Source: an uncultured Acidobacteriota bacterium | Lineage (GTDB): Bacteria; Acidobacteriota; Thermoanaerobaculia; UBA5066; Gp7-AA6 | NCBI GenBank assembly: GCA_963764715.1 | Contig: CAVXTP010000024.1 | Coordinates: forward strand, 3,099 to 67,098 | Reading direction: 5' to 3' | DNA length: 64,000 nt | Part shown: positions 40,251 through 49,358 of the stretch, piece after piece | Layout of the letters: each line of letters begins with the position of its first letter | Numbering within the stretch: position 1 is the stretch's first letter | The notes under the pieces: model-generated | Databases searched by the model: none | What the model saw: the letters and a program-made list of their open reading frames with translations, nothing else | What the model was told of the DNA's origin: nothing | Program-made: the position numbers and the translations under genes

Positions 40251-41249
40251 TCAGCCGAGCGTCGCCACGAGGATGGCCTTGATCGTGTGCATGCGGTTCT
40301 CGGCCTGGTCGAACACGATCGACGCGGGCGACTCGAAGACCTCCTCCGACACCTCGAGTCCTTCGAGCCCGAACTTCGCGTAGAGCTCTTCGCCCTTCGT
40401 CGTTTCCCGGTTGTGGAAGGCGGGCAGGCAGTGCATGAACTTCGCCCGCGGGTTGCCGGTCGCCTTCATGAGCGCCGCGGTCACGCGATACTTCTCGAGC
40501 GCCCGGATGCGCTTGCCCCAGGCGTCGGCCGGCTCCCCCATCGAGACCCAGACGTCGGTGTGGACGAAGTCGCAGCCCTCGACGCCCTTCTTCGGGTCCT
40601 CGGTCAGCGTCAGCTTCGCGCCCGAGTCCTTCGCGAGGGCGCGCGCGCGCGAAATCACGGCGGCCGCGGGCCAGAGCGCCTTCGGCGCCGCGAGGCGGAC
40701 GTCCATGCCCATGCGGGCGCCGACGAGCAGCAAGGAGTTGCCCATGTTGTTGCGCGCGTCGCCGAGATAGCAGTAGGCGACCCGATGGAGCGGCTCGTCC
40801 GAGTGCTCCTCCATCGTCAACAGGTCGGCGAGCATCTGGGTCGGGTGCGACTCGTCCGTCAGGCCGTTGTACACGGGCACGCCCGCAGAACGCGCCAGCT
40901 CCTCGACGACGGTCTGCTTGAAGCCGCGGTATTCGATGGCGTCGTACATGCGGCCGAGGACGCGCGCCGTGTCCCTGATCGACTCCTTGTGGCCGATCTG
41001 CGAGCCCGAGGGATCGAGGTACGTCACGCCCATCCCCTGGTCGTAGGCGGCGACCTCGAAGGCGCACCGGGTGCGGGTCGACGTCTTCTCGAAGATGAGG
41101 CAGAGGTTGCGGCCCTTGAGCCGCGGGACCTCGGTGCCGGCATACTTGGCGCGCTTCAGGTCCTTCGAGAGGTCGAGGAGGAAGCGGATCTCCTCCCGGG
41201 AGAAGTCGGACATCTCCAGGACGCTGCGGTTCTTCAGGTTGACTGGCAT
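40251..41249 (-). CDS. argF: Ornithine carbamoyltransferase
   Basis: 332 aa. The motifs STRTR, HPTQ, DVWVSMG and HCLPA are all present. Confidence 0.95.
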   Translation of the reverse strand: MPVNLKNRSVLEMSDFSREEIRFLLDLSKDLKRAKYAGTEVPRLKGRNLCLIFEKTSTRTRCAFEVAAYDQGMGVTYLDPSGSQIGHKESIRDTARVLGRMYDAIEYRGFKQTVVEELARSAGVPVYNGLTDESHPTQMLADLLTMEEHSDEPLHRVAYCYLGDARNNMGNSLLLVGARMGMDVRLAAPKALWPAAAVISRARALAKDSGAKLTLTEDPKKGVEGCDFVHTDVWVSMGEPADAWGKRIRALEKYRVTAALMKATGNPRAKFMHCLPAFHNRETTKGEELYAKFGLEGLEVSEEVFESPASIVFDQAENRMHTIKAILVATLG

Positions 41250-41268
41250 GGCGGATATTCTCTCCCGT

Positions 41269-41295
41269 AGGGGCGGGGCTTGCCCCCGCCCTTTT
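41269..41295. repeat. GC-rich REP-like hairpin (CGTAGGGGCGGGGC-TTG-CCCCCGCCC) followed by TTTT on plus strand
   Basis: An 8-bp G/C stem (41271-78 pairing with 41284-91) plus A-U and G-U closing pairs. It lies between two minus-strand genes. Its 5' core is shared with the elements at 43708 and 20215. Confidence 0.6.
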
Positions 41296-41313
41296 CGATC
41301 GTGGAACCGGGCG

Positions 41314-41976
41314 TCAATCGACCGGAGCCCAGGGCAGCGGTGGGCGGATGCCTGCCGCCCGGTCGACGTCGACCGTGATCGCGTCGACCGCCGCGCCGAT
41401 TCTGGACAGCGCCTCGGCGTCCGGCATGTCCGCGGGAATGCGAAACGGCGCGCCGTACCCGACGACGCAGCGCGAGAACGGCTTCGGAACGAGGTATCGG
41501 TCCCAGGACCTCAGGAAGAGCGGCCGCGCGCTCGAGCCTGCGTGGGGGAGAATCCAGGCGTCGGTCTTGCGCGCCAGCCGCAGGACCCCCGGCTGCACGA
41601 CACGCGGCGGACCCTTGGGGCCATCGACGGTCATGGCGGCGGGATGCCCCTGCCGGACGATGTCGATCATCTCGCGAAGCGCCGTGCCCCCGCCCTTGCC
41701 GGTCGAGCCCCGGGCGGCCGCATAGCCGTTTCGGACCATCCACCGCGCGATGACCTCGCCGTCCTTGGACCGGGAAGCCATTGCCACCATGCCCTCGTGG
41801 CGGTGCACCAGGGCCGGCAGGACCATCCGGCCGTGCCACAAGGTATAGAGGATCGGCTCCCCGCGCGCGAGAAGCGCTTTCTCGTGTTCGGGGTGCAGGG
41901 TCTCGATCCGGAGCGTGGCGCGCAGGCCGAAGATTCCCGCGCCGACGAGGCCGGCCCTGAAGGTCGAGCCCGGCAT
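41314..41976 (-). CDS. DUF374 domain protein (lysophospholipid acyltransferase-like)
   Basis: Start chosen at [10 protein letters not shown] (ATG 41976, 7 nt after the upstream stop). Family-like blocks are [17 protein letters not shown] and [25 protein letters not shown]. Confidence 0.8.
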   Translation of the reverse strand: MPGSTFRAGLVGAGIFGLRATLRIETLHPEHEKALLARGEPILYTLWHGRMVLPALVHRHEGMVAMASRSKDGEVIARWMVRNGYAAARGSTGKGGGTALREMIDIVRQGHPAAMTVDGPKGPPRVVQPGVLRLARKTDAWILPHAGSSARPLFLRSWDRYLVPKPFSRCVVGYGAPFRIPADMPDAEALSRIGAAVDAITVDVDRAAGIRPPLPWAPVD

Positions 41977-41983
41977 GCCGTCT

Positions 41984-43114
41984 CTAGGGCCGGCGGGCGG
42001 CAGCAAAGTGCGCCGCGACCTTCTCGTAGACGCTCGGGATGACCTCGGGGACCTTCTTCACGCCCTGGGTGAAGACGGCCACGATGAAGTCGGACGCGTT
42101 CGGGAGGGCGACGCGCGCGACGAGGTGGTGAAAGTCGTACGCGTCGCCGGACTTCGCCCAGACGCGGCTTCCCTTCGGCAGGTTCTGGCCCGCCAGGCGC
42201 GCGTCCTCGAGCTCGAGGTCCTCGAGGGCCTCGCTCCCGGTGATGTCGCGCGCCAGCAGCATGAGCATCTCGTCGGTCAGCGCCTCGCCGGCGACCTCGC
42301 CGCGGACGATCTCCTTGAAGATCCGGGCGACCTCCGCGGCCGTCATGCGGTTGCGGTTCCTGCCCCCGTCGCGAAACGCCTGCTCCCGTCCGTAGGCGTC
42401 CTCGCAGAAGGTCTTCTGATTGGCGTTGAGGTTCGTGTAGCCGCGCCCCCGGTACCAGTCGTTGACGACGTTGCGCCTGGCCTTCCAGCGCTCCCACTCG
42501 GCGCCCGAGAGCTCGGGGCCCGAGGTCGTTCCGGTGATCGAGTCGACCACGAAGCCGGTCGCGTCGTTCGAAGAGACGGTGATCATGTCCTTGACCGCCC
42601 GCACGAGCTCCGGGGTGTCGGCGAGCTTGCCGTCCTGCTTGCGCGCCTCGTAGTACGACAGGAAGCAGAGCTTGACGACCGAGCAGGGGTAGTAGGAGAC
42701 GTCGCCCCGGTAGGAACCGGCCGGGAACGAGGCGCCGGGGGTCGGCGCGGTCATGTCGATGACGGCGATCGACAGGCCCTGGTCGGTCAGCCCCCGTCCG
42801 GCGAACTCCGCCACGGTGTCGGCGGCGATCTTCGCCAGGGCCGCGTCGAGGGCCGGGGAGGGATCGAGCTTCGAGATCGGCGCGGGCCCTTCCGCCGCCG
42901 AGAGCGCCGCCGCGAGGCCGAGCGCGGCGACCGTGCCGGCCGCCAGCTTCAGGAGCGGGCCCCCCGCGACTCGGGAAAGGCGAGCGGCGCCGGGGCCGGC
43001 GGAAGCGAGGCGGCCTGACGCCGCCGGGCGCGCAGGACGAGGAAGACCAGGGTCCCCGCGGCGGAGAACGGCATCGCGACCATCAGGAGGATCGACCAGT
43101 ACATCCCGCGCCAC
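41984..43114 (-). CDS. Serine hydrolase, class A beta-lactamase-like fold (start uncertain)
   Basis: The motifs are CSVVK (SxxK), SSND (SDN) and KSG (KTG). The only canonical in-frame start is ATG 43114, which overlaps the upstream small ORF by 166 nt. A signal-like segment LLKLAAGTVAALGLAAALSA begins about 50 aa in. Confidence 0.65.
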   Translation of the reverse strand: MARDVLVDPPDGRDAVLRRGDPGLPRPARPAASGRLASAGPGAARLSRVAGGPLLKLAAGTVAALGLAAALSAAEGPAPISKLDPSPALDAALAKIAADTVAEFAGRGLTDQGLSIAVIDMTAPTPGASFPAGSYRGDVSYYPCSVVKLCFLSYYEARKQDGKLADTPELVRAVKDMITVSSNDATGFVVDSITGTTSGPELSGAEWERWKARRNVVNDWYRGRGYTNLNANQKTFCEDAYGREQAFRDGGRNRNRMTAAEVARIFKEIVRGEVAGEALTDEMLMLLARDITGSEALEDLELEDARLAGQNLPKGSRVWAKSGDAYDFHHLVARVALPNASDFIVAVFTQGVKKVPEVIPSVYEKVAAHFAAARRP

Positions 43115-43242
43115 ATCCCGGGGCCGCTGTCGGGGACCTCCTCCTTGCAGAGGGGGCAGGCGGAGGCGACGGCCGTCAGGACGACGGCGAGGAGCGCCGC
43201 CACCGCGAGGACGCGCAGGAGCTTCCGGCCGGATCCGCTCAT
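42949..43242 (-). CDS. Small two-TM membrane protein with CPLC motif (97 aa)
   Basis: MSGSGRKLLRVLAVAALLAVVLTAVASACPLCKEEVPDSG...YWSILLMVAMPFSAAGTLVFLVLRARRR. It starts 5 nt after the DUF420 stop. Confidence 0.5.
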   Translation of the reverse strand: MSGSGRKLLRVLAVAALLAVVLTAVASACPLCKEEVPDSGPGMWRGMYWSILLMVAMPFSAAGTLVFLVLRARRRQAASLPPAPAPLAFPESRGARS

Positions 43243-43247
43243 CGCCG

Positions 43248-43688
43248 TCACCTTACCCGAATCGGGCCGGGATCGTAAAGCTGGTAGAGCATCAGGTAGA
43301 TCACGACCCCCGTCACGGACACGTAAACCCAGAGCGGGAACGTCCAGCGCGCCAGCCGCCGGTGCCGGTCGTCCCGGCGCTTCAACCCGAGGTAGAGCGT
43401 CCGCAGGACCATCGGGACGATGGCGGCGGCGAGGATCGTGTGCGTCGTCAGGATCGTGAAATAGACGAGGCGCACGGGGCCCTGGCCGGTGAACCGGACC
43501 GAACCCACCGCGGCGTGGTAAACGAGGTAGCAGACGAGGAAGACGGCGGAGGTCGAGGCAGCCGCCAGCATCAGCGCGCGGTGCCGCTCGATCTCCCGGG
43601 CGCGGACGGCCCGGTAGCCGAGGAGGAGCAGGACCGCGCTCGCCGCGTTCAGGGTGGCGTTGACCGCGGGAAGCTGGGTGACGTCCAC
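43248..43688 (-). CDS. DUF420 family membrane protein (oxidase-associated, CtaM-like)
   Basis: 146 aa with 4 TM. Family-like blocks are LPAVNATLNAASAVLLLLGY, FLVCYLVYH and HRRLARWTFPLWVYVSVTGVVIY. Confidence 0.85.
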   Translation of the reverse strand: MDVTQLPAVNATLNAASAVLLLLGYRAVRAREIERHRALMLAAASTSAVFLVCYLVYHAAVGSVRFTGQGPVRLVYFTILTTHTILAAAIVPMVLRTLYLGLKRRDDRHRRLARWTFPLWVYVSVTGVVIYLMLYQLYDPGPIRVR

Positions 43689-43707
43689 GGGTGATTCTCG
43701 GCCCGGT

Positions 43708-43760
43708 CGTAGGGGCGGCCCTTGCGGCCGCCCGAGGGCGGGGACGAGCCCCGCCCCTAC
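43708..43760. repeat. REP-like double GC hairpin
   Basis: Hairpin A is GGGCGGCC-CTTGC-GGCCGCCC (43713-33). Hairpin B is GGGCGGGG-ACGAG-CCCCGCCC (43736-56). The outer GTAGGGG/CCCCTAC arms can also pair. Confidence 0.6.
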
Positions 43761-43769
43761 CCCGGAGAC

Positions 43770-44372
<603 letters not shown>

Positions 44373-44425
44373 GTGCCTCTCTTCCGAATTCCCTGCTTAC
44401 TGCTTACTGCTCACTGCACACTGAT

Positions 44426-44725
44426 TCACGGCCTCGGCAGAATCAGCTCGCCGATTCCGACCGACACCAGGATGCATCCGAGGATGAGCGTCGACGCGAA
44501 CAGCACGCCCATGATGCGGCGCTCGAATTTCAGGTGCATGAAGTACAGGGCGACGAGCACCGCCTTGATGACCGCGAGGCCCACGATCCCGCCGGCCAGC
44601 ACGAGCTCGGAGTGGTGCGGGATGATCGCCCAGGCGATTTCGCCGATCGTCAGGCCCAGCAGCCACCAGAAGATGGCCATGTAGTTGGGTATCTGGTGCG
44701 TGTCGCTGTGTGCTTCGGACGTCAT
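44426..44725 (-). CDS. Cytochrome c oxidase subunit IV family protein
   Basis: It starts MTSEAHSDTHQIPNYMAIFWWLLGLT. VIKAVLVALYFMHLKFE is the CoxD-type motif. Confidence 0.8.
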   Translation of the reverse strand: MTSEAHSDTHQIPNYMAIFWWLLGLTIGEIAWAIIPHHSELVLAGGIVGLAVIKAVLVALYFMHLKFERRIMGVLFASTLILGCILVSVGIGELILPRP

Positions 44726-44735
44726 CGTTCCCCCT

Positions 44736-44843
44736 TCAGTGCGCTCGCGAGACGATGAAGAGAATCGACCCGAGGAAGAGCCCCACGCCGAGGCTGACGA
44801 GGATCCAGAGGACCCGGCGGTTGCTGGCATCCGAAGCGGTCAT
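44736..44843 (-). CDS. 35-aa single-TM peptide
   Basis: MTASDASNRRVLWILVSLGVGLFLGSILFIVSRAH. Its ATG overlaps the ctaB stop (ATGA). Confidence 0.4.
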   Translation of the reverse strand: MTASDASNRRVLWILVSLGVGLFLGSILFIVSRAH

Positions 44844-45733
44844 CGGTCGAACACCATGAGCCCGAGGAGCGCCGGCAGGTACAGGACCGACGCGAGGAAG
44901 AGGCGTCGCGCCGCCGGGATCGAGCGCTGCCAGGCGAACACGAGCGTGAAGCCGAGGAAGACCGTCCCGAGAAGCAGCGCCCCCCAGAGGTAGCCCCGAC
45001 CGGCGGAGGCGAGGAGTCCCGCCGCGAGGGTCACCGGCAGCAGCGCGGTCGCGTACAGGACGGCCTGCCGCCCGGTCGAGGTGCCGTCGCGGTCGGTCAC
45101 GGCGAGCATCGGGAAGCCTCCGCGGGCGTAGTCCTCGCGGTAGAGCCAGCCGATCGCCAGGAAGTGCGGGAGCTGCCAGAGGAAGAGGATCGCGAAGAGA
45201 CCCCACCCGGCCGGGCCGAGGGAGCCGCGCGCGGCGGCCCAGCCCATGAGCGGCGGGAGCGCCCCGGGCACGGCGCCAACGACCGTGCAGAGGGAGCTGA
45301 CGCGTTTCATCGGCGTGTACACGAAGACGTAGGACAGCAGCGACGCCGCGCCGAGCGCGAGGGTCAGCGGGTTGACGGCCGCGAGCAGCGCGAGCCCCGC
45401 GGCGGACAGGGCGATTCCGAACGCCCGGGCGTCCTCGGCGCGGAGCCGTCCCGACGGGATGGGGCGGCGGCTCGTCCGGTGCATCAGGGCGTCGGTCTCG
45501 CGCTCGGCGTAGTTGTTGAGGGCCGAGGCGCCGCCGCACAGGAGGGCCGTTCCGGCCATGAAGAGCAGGAACGCCAGGAACGAGAAGCTCCCCGGGCCGC
45601 CGACGGCGTACCCGACTCCGGCCGTCACGAGGACCAGCATGGTGATGCGGGGCTTGGCGAGCTCGAGGTAGTCCCCGAAGCGCGGGGACGTCTCCTCGGC
45701 CGGCAGCGCGGCGGCAACGGGAGCTACTTCCAC
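44840..45733 (-). CDS. ctaB: Protoheme IX farnesyltransferase (heme O synthase)
   Basis: GTG 45733 gives ...FGDYLELAKPRITMLVLVTAGVGY. Conserved blocks are NNYAERETDALMHRTSRRPIPSG and YTPMKR. Confidence 0.9.
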   Translation of the reverse strand: MEVAPVAAALPAEETSPRFGDYLELAKPRITMLVLVTAGVGYAVGGPGSFSFLAFLLFMAGTALLCGGASALNNYAERETDALMHRTSRRPIPSGRLRAEDARAFGIALSAAGLALLAAVNPLTLALGAASLLSYVFVYTPMKRVSSLCTVVGAVPGALPPLMGWAAARGSLGPAGWGLFAILFLWQLPHFLAIGWLYREDYARGGFPMLAVTDRDGTSTGRQAVLYATALLPVTLAAGLLASAGRGYLWGALLLGTVFLGFTLVFAWQRSIPAARRLFLASVLYLPALLGLMVFDR

Positions 45734-46707
45734 CCGGCCACCCTTCCCGGCATCGACGGCCGGATCGGAACGACGTTGTTGCGGCGGCGGTCGAGGGCGA
45801 GCGCCGAGACCGTGAGGGCGACCGTCGACCCCAGGAGCAGCGCGCCCGTCGCGACGTGCGCCGTCGTGAGGATGACGTCCTTCTTCGACAGCACGGTCAG
45901 CGCGCCGAGGGTCACCTGGACGGCGACGAGCCCGCACAGCGCCGTGGCCGTGCGCGACAGCCCCCGGCGGCCGGAGCGGAACGCGCGGACGGCCGAAGCG
46001 GCGACGAGCGCCACGACGGCGAGGGCGCCCAGCCGGTGTGCGAAGGCGATCGCCACGGGAAAGGTGCCGAGGGGCGGAACGACCTGCCCGAGCGAGAGCG
46101 GGAAGTCCGGGATCGCGAGGCCCGACTTCGTGTGGCGCATGACGGCGCCCACGAGAAGCTGGAGAAAAATGACGGCCGCGGTCGCCCCCGCGAGCCGCGC
46201 CACGGGGCTTCCGCGGAAGGCCGCGGAGAGGCTCACCGGAGCGGCCTCGCGGAAGCGCGGCGAGGTCGCGACGGCGATCGTCACGGTCAGCCCGAAGAAG
46301 ATCTGCGCCAGGCAGCCATGCGCCACGGAGATCGGCGTCGGCAGCAGGTAGATCACGGTGAGCCCGCCGAGGAGGCCCTGGGCGACGACCGCCGCGAGCG
46401 CGGCGTAGCCGAGCCGCCGGACCCACGCGCGATCCTCGCGCCGGGCGAGCCAGATCGCGAGGACGATCGTCAGGAACCCGACGCCGGAGGCGATCAGCCG
46501 GTGCGTGTGCTCGAAGCGGATCCCACCGACCATCTTCGACAGCGGGAACGTGAACATGTTCCAGCCGTACGTCGTCGGCCAGTCGGGCACCGAGAGGCCG
46601 GACTCCGTCGACGTCACCAGCCCTCCGGCGACGATCAGGACGAGCGTCGACGCGGCCACGAGGACCGCGTAGGCGTGGAGGCCGCGGGACACAGAGCGAT
46701 CAGCCAT
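45724..46707 (-). CDS. ctaA: Heme A synthase (COX15/CtaA)
   Basis: 327 aa. Conserved blocks are GGLVTSTESGLSVPDWPTTYG, FEHTHR and AHRLGA. Confidence 0.9.
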   Translation of the reverse strand: MADRSVSRGLHAYAVLVAASTLVLIVAGGLVTSTESGLSVPDWPTTYGWNMFTFPLSKMVGGIRFEHTHRLIASGVGFLTIVLAIWLARREDRAWVRRLGYAALAAVVAQGLLGGLTVIYLLPTPISVAHGCLAQIFFGLTVTIAVATSPRFREAAPVSLSAAFRGSPVARLAGATAAVIFLQLLVGAVMRHTKSGLAIPDFPLSLGQVVPPLGTFPVAIAFAHRLGALAVVALVAASAVRAFRSGRRGLSRTATALCGLVAVQVTLGALTVLSKKDVILTTAHVATGALLLGSTVALTVSALALDRRRNNVVPIRPSMPGRVAGWK

Positions 46708-48485
46708 GCGAGCGGGCGGGGGCCGGGCCCGTAGGGGCCTCGCTCTGGGGCCAGTAGTCGGAGCCGTGGCCGGGAACGCTGTACTCGTAGGGGCCGCGGT
46801 GCACCGTCGGGATGCGCCCCTTGAAGTTCTCGTGCGGCGGGGGCGACGAGGTCTGCCACTCGAGGGTGTTCGCGTGCCACGGGTTGGGCCCCGCGACCTT
46901 GCCGCGGCGCATCGACAGGAAGAAGTTGAAGACGAGGATCAGCTGCGCCACGCCCAGGACGAAAAGGGCAATCGTCATGAACTGGTTCATGGGCTGCAGG
47001 TTCTTGAAGAGCGAGTACTGCGTGTAGTCGTAGATCCGGCGCGGCATGCCCCGCATCCCGAGGAAGTGCATCGGGAAGAAGACGAGGTTGAAGGTGACGA
47101 ACGTGATGGCCCAGTGAATCTTGCCCCACGTCTCGTTCATCATCCGGCCGAACATCTTCGGGTACCAGAAGTAGAGGCCGGCGAACGCCCCGAAGAGGGA
47201 GCCGCCGAAGAGCACGTAGTGGATGTGGCCCACGATGAAGTACGTGTCGTGGATGAAGATGTCGACGGGCGTCGAGGCCATGAAGAGGCCCGAGAGGCCG
47301 CCGATGACGAACATCGAGACGAAGGAGAGGGCGTTTAACATGGGCGTCGTGAAGCGGACGTTGCCGCCCCAGACCGTCCCCAGCCAGTTGAACGTCTTGA
47401 TCGCCGACGGAACGGCGATGACCATCGTCGAGATCATGAACGTCGTGCCGAGAATCGGGTTCATGCCGCTCTGGAACATGTGGTGTCCCCAGACGATGAA
47501 CCCGAGGCCCGCGATCCCCATCATCGAGTAGGCCATGGCGCGGTAGCCGAACACGGGCTTCCGGCAGAAGACGGGCAGGATCTCCGAGGTGATGCCCATG
47601 GCGGGCAGGATCATGATGTAGACCTCGGGGTGCCCGAAGAACCAGAAGAGGTGCTGCCACAGCAGCGGCTGCCCGCCGCCGGCGTTGGTCAGAGCCTGCC
47701 CGGACACGATCAGCCCGGCCGGCAGGAAGAACGTCGTGCCGAGCGTCCGGTCGAAGAGCAGCATGATCAGCGCGGCCGAGAGGACGGGCAGCGCCAGCAG
47801 CAGCAGGACGGCCGTGATGAAGAGGGCCCAGACGGTCAGGGGCATCCGGAAGAAGCTCATGCCGGGCGCGCGCATGTTGACGATCGTCGTGATGAAGTTG
47901 ACCGCCGTCAGGAGCGACGAGAGGCCCAGGATCAGGAGCGAGATCAGCCAGATCGTCTGGCCCCGCGGCTGGATCGCCGAGAGCGGCGCGTAGGAGGTCC
48001 AGCCCTCCGGCCGCCGCGCCCCCGGTCACGAAGAACGAGTAGATGATGAGGACCGCCGCCGGCACCGCCACCCAGAAGGACATCATGTTGAGCTTCGGGA
48101 AGGCCATGTCGCGGGCGCCGATCTGGATGGGGACGACGAAGTTGCCGAACGCGCCGATCAGGATCGGCATGATCGCGAAGAAGATCATGATCGTCGCGTG
48201 CATCGTGAAGAGCGAGTTGTAGAACTCGGGCAGCATCACGCCGCCGGGCATCCCCTCGGGCGCGAGCTTGCCCATGAACGGGAGCGGCCGCCCCGGCCAG
48301 GCGAGCTGGTACCGGACGAGGGTCGCGAGCAGACCGCCGATCACGAGCATCGTGAGGGCGTAGAACAGGTACTGGATCCCGATGACCTTGTGGTCGAGCG
48401 AGAAGACGTACTTGCGGATGAACGAGGTCGGCGCCGCGTGTCCGCCGGCGTGGGCGTGCGCCTCGAGGGGCCGGGCGGTGCTCAA
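46700..48485 (-). pseudogene. ctaD: Cytochrome c oxidase subunit I, reading frame broken by one extra nucleotide near 48002-48005 (sequencing error, true frameshift or recoding)
   Basis: The N-terminal 161 codons are in the frame of track ORF 46635..48485 (...IIYSFFVTGGAAAGG). The remaining 433 aa are in the frame of ORF 46700..47875, extended upstream (WTSYAPLSAIQPRGQTIWLISLLILGLSSLLTAVNFITTIVNMRAPGM...). The start is TTG and overlaps the ctaC stop. Confidence 0.85.
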
Positions 48486-49339
48486 GAGTTCCCTCCCTTT
48501 TCACTGAGCGCGACGGCCGGGGCCGCCGCGGGCTGCGCCTGGACGGCGGCCGGCGCCGCGGCCGGGGCCTGCTCGGCGGCCTGGGCCGCGGCCTGCTCGG
48601 CCATCCATTTCTGGAAGTTCTCGGGCGTGTCGACCGTGACGAAGCCCTTCATCCGGAAGTGGCCGAGGCCGCAGAGCTCGGCGCACGCGATCTCCCAGTT
48701 CCCGACGCGGTTGCCCTCGAACCAGATGCGCGTCTTCATCCCCGGAACGGCGTCCTGCTTGACGCGGAATTCGGGCAGGTAGAACGAGTGGATGACGTCC
48801 TTGGACGTCACCGTCGCGACGACGGCCTTCCCGACCGGGAAGTGGAGCTGGTTGAGCGTCACGATGTCGTCGGGGGTGTCGAACTTCCCGTCCGCCCCGG
48901 CGTAGCGGATGTTCCACGCGAACTGCTCCGCGGTGACGTGGACCTGGAGGGCTTCGTTCGGCATCTTCTCCTTGATCTCCTCCCAGATGCGCCGCGAGAG
49001 GAGCGCGAGCATCACGCAGATCAGGGCCGGCACGATCGTCCAGATGACCTCCAGCCGGTTGTTCCCGTGGGTGAAGTGGGCCGTGCGGCCCTCGCGGTGG
49101 CGGTACTTCCAGAGGAAGAAGATCAGGAGGGCCTCGACGATCACGAACACGACCCCCGTGATCCACATGATCAGGTGGAAGATCGAGTCGATCTCGTGGG
49201 CGAAGGTCGACGCCTGCTCCGGCAGGTGCATCCAGAACGGCAGCGCGCCCGCGGCCGACGGCGCGAGGGCCGCGGCGGAAAAGAAAAGCGCCGGCCGGAG
49301 AGCCCGGACGGCGCCTGACAAACGATGTGTGTTGTTCAC
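48482..49339 (-). CDS. ctaC: Cytochrome c oxidase subunit II (CuA)
   Basis: 285 aa with two TM helices. The CuA site is DVIHSF...CAELCGLGHFRM. The C-terminal tail is A/P/Q-rich, and no heme c CxxCH motif was seen. Confidence 0.95.
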   Translation of the reverse strand: MNNTHRLSGAVRALRPALFFSAAALAPSAAGALPFWMHLPEQASTFAHEIDSIFHLIMWITGVVFVIVEALLIFFLWKYRHREGRTAHFTHGNNRLEVIWTIVPALICVMLALLSRRIWEEIKEKMPNEALQVHVTAEQFAWNIRYAGADGKFDTPDDIVTLNQLHFPVGKAVVATVTSKDVIHSFYLPEFRVKQDAVPGMKTRIWFEGNRVGNWEIACAELCGLGHFRMKGFVTVDTPENFQKWMAEQAAAQAAEQAPAAAPAAVQAQPAAAPAVALSEKGGNS

Positions 49340-49358
49340 GGCGGGATAGATTATCGGA

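Noticed and set aside
46635-48000. C-terminal ~450 aa of track ORF 46635..48485
   Set aside because: Downstream of the frameshift site this frame yields a P/A/R/G/H/D-rich sequence. The conserved CoxI sequence continues in the other frame (46700..48001).
47995-48010. Programmed +1 ribosomal frameshift in ctaD as the primary explanation
   Set aside because: No recognisable slippery or hungry-codon context such as the prfB type is present, and the extra base lies in a G homopolymer run. An indel (assembly error or mutation) is more parsimonious. It is kept as a low-probability alternative in the finding.
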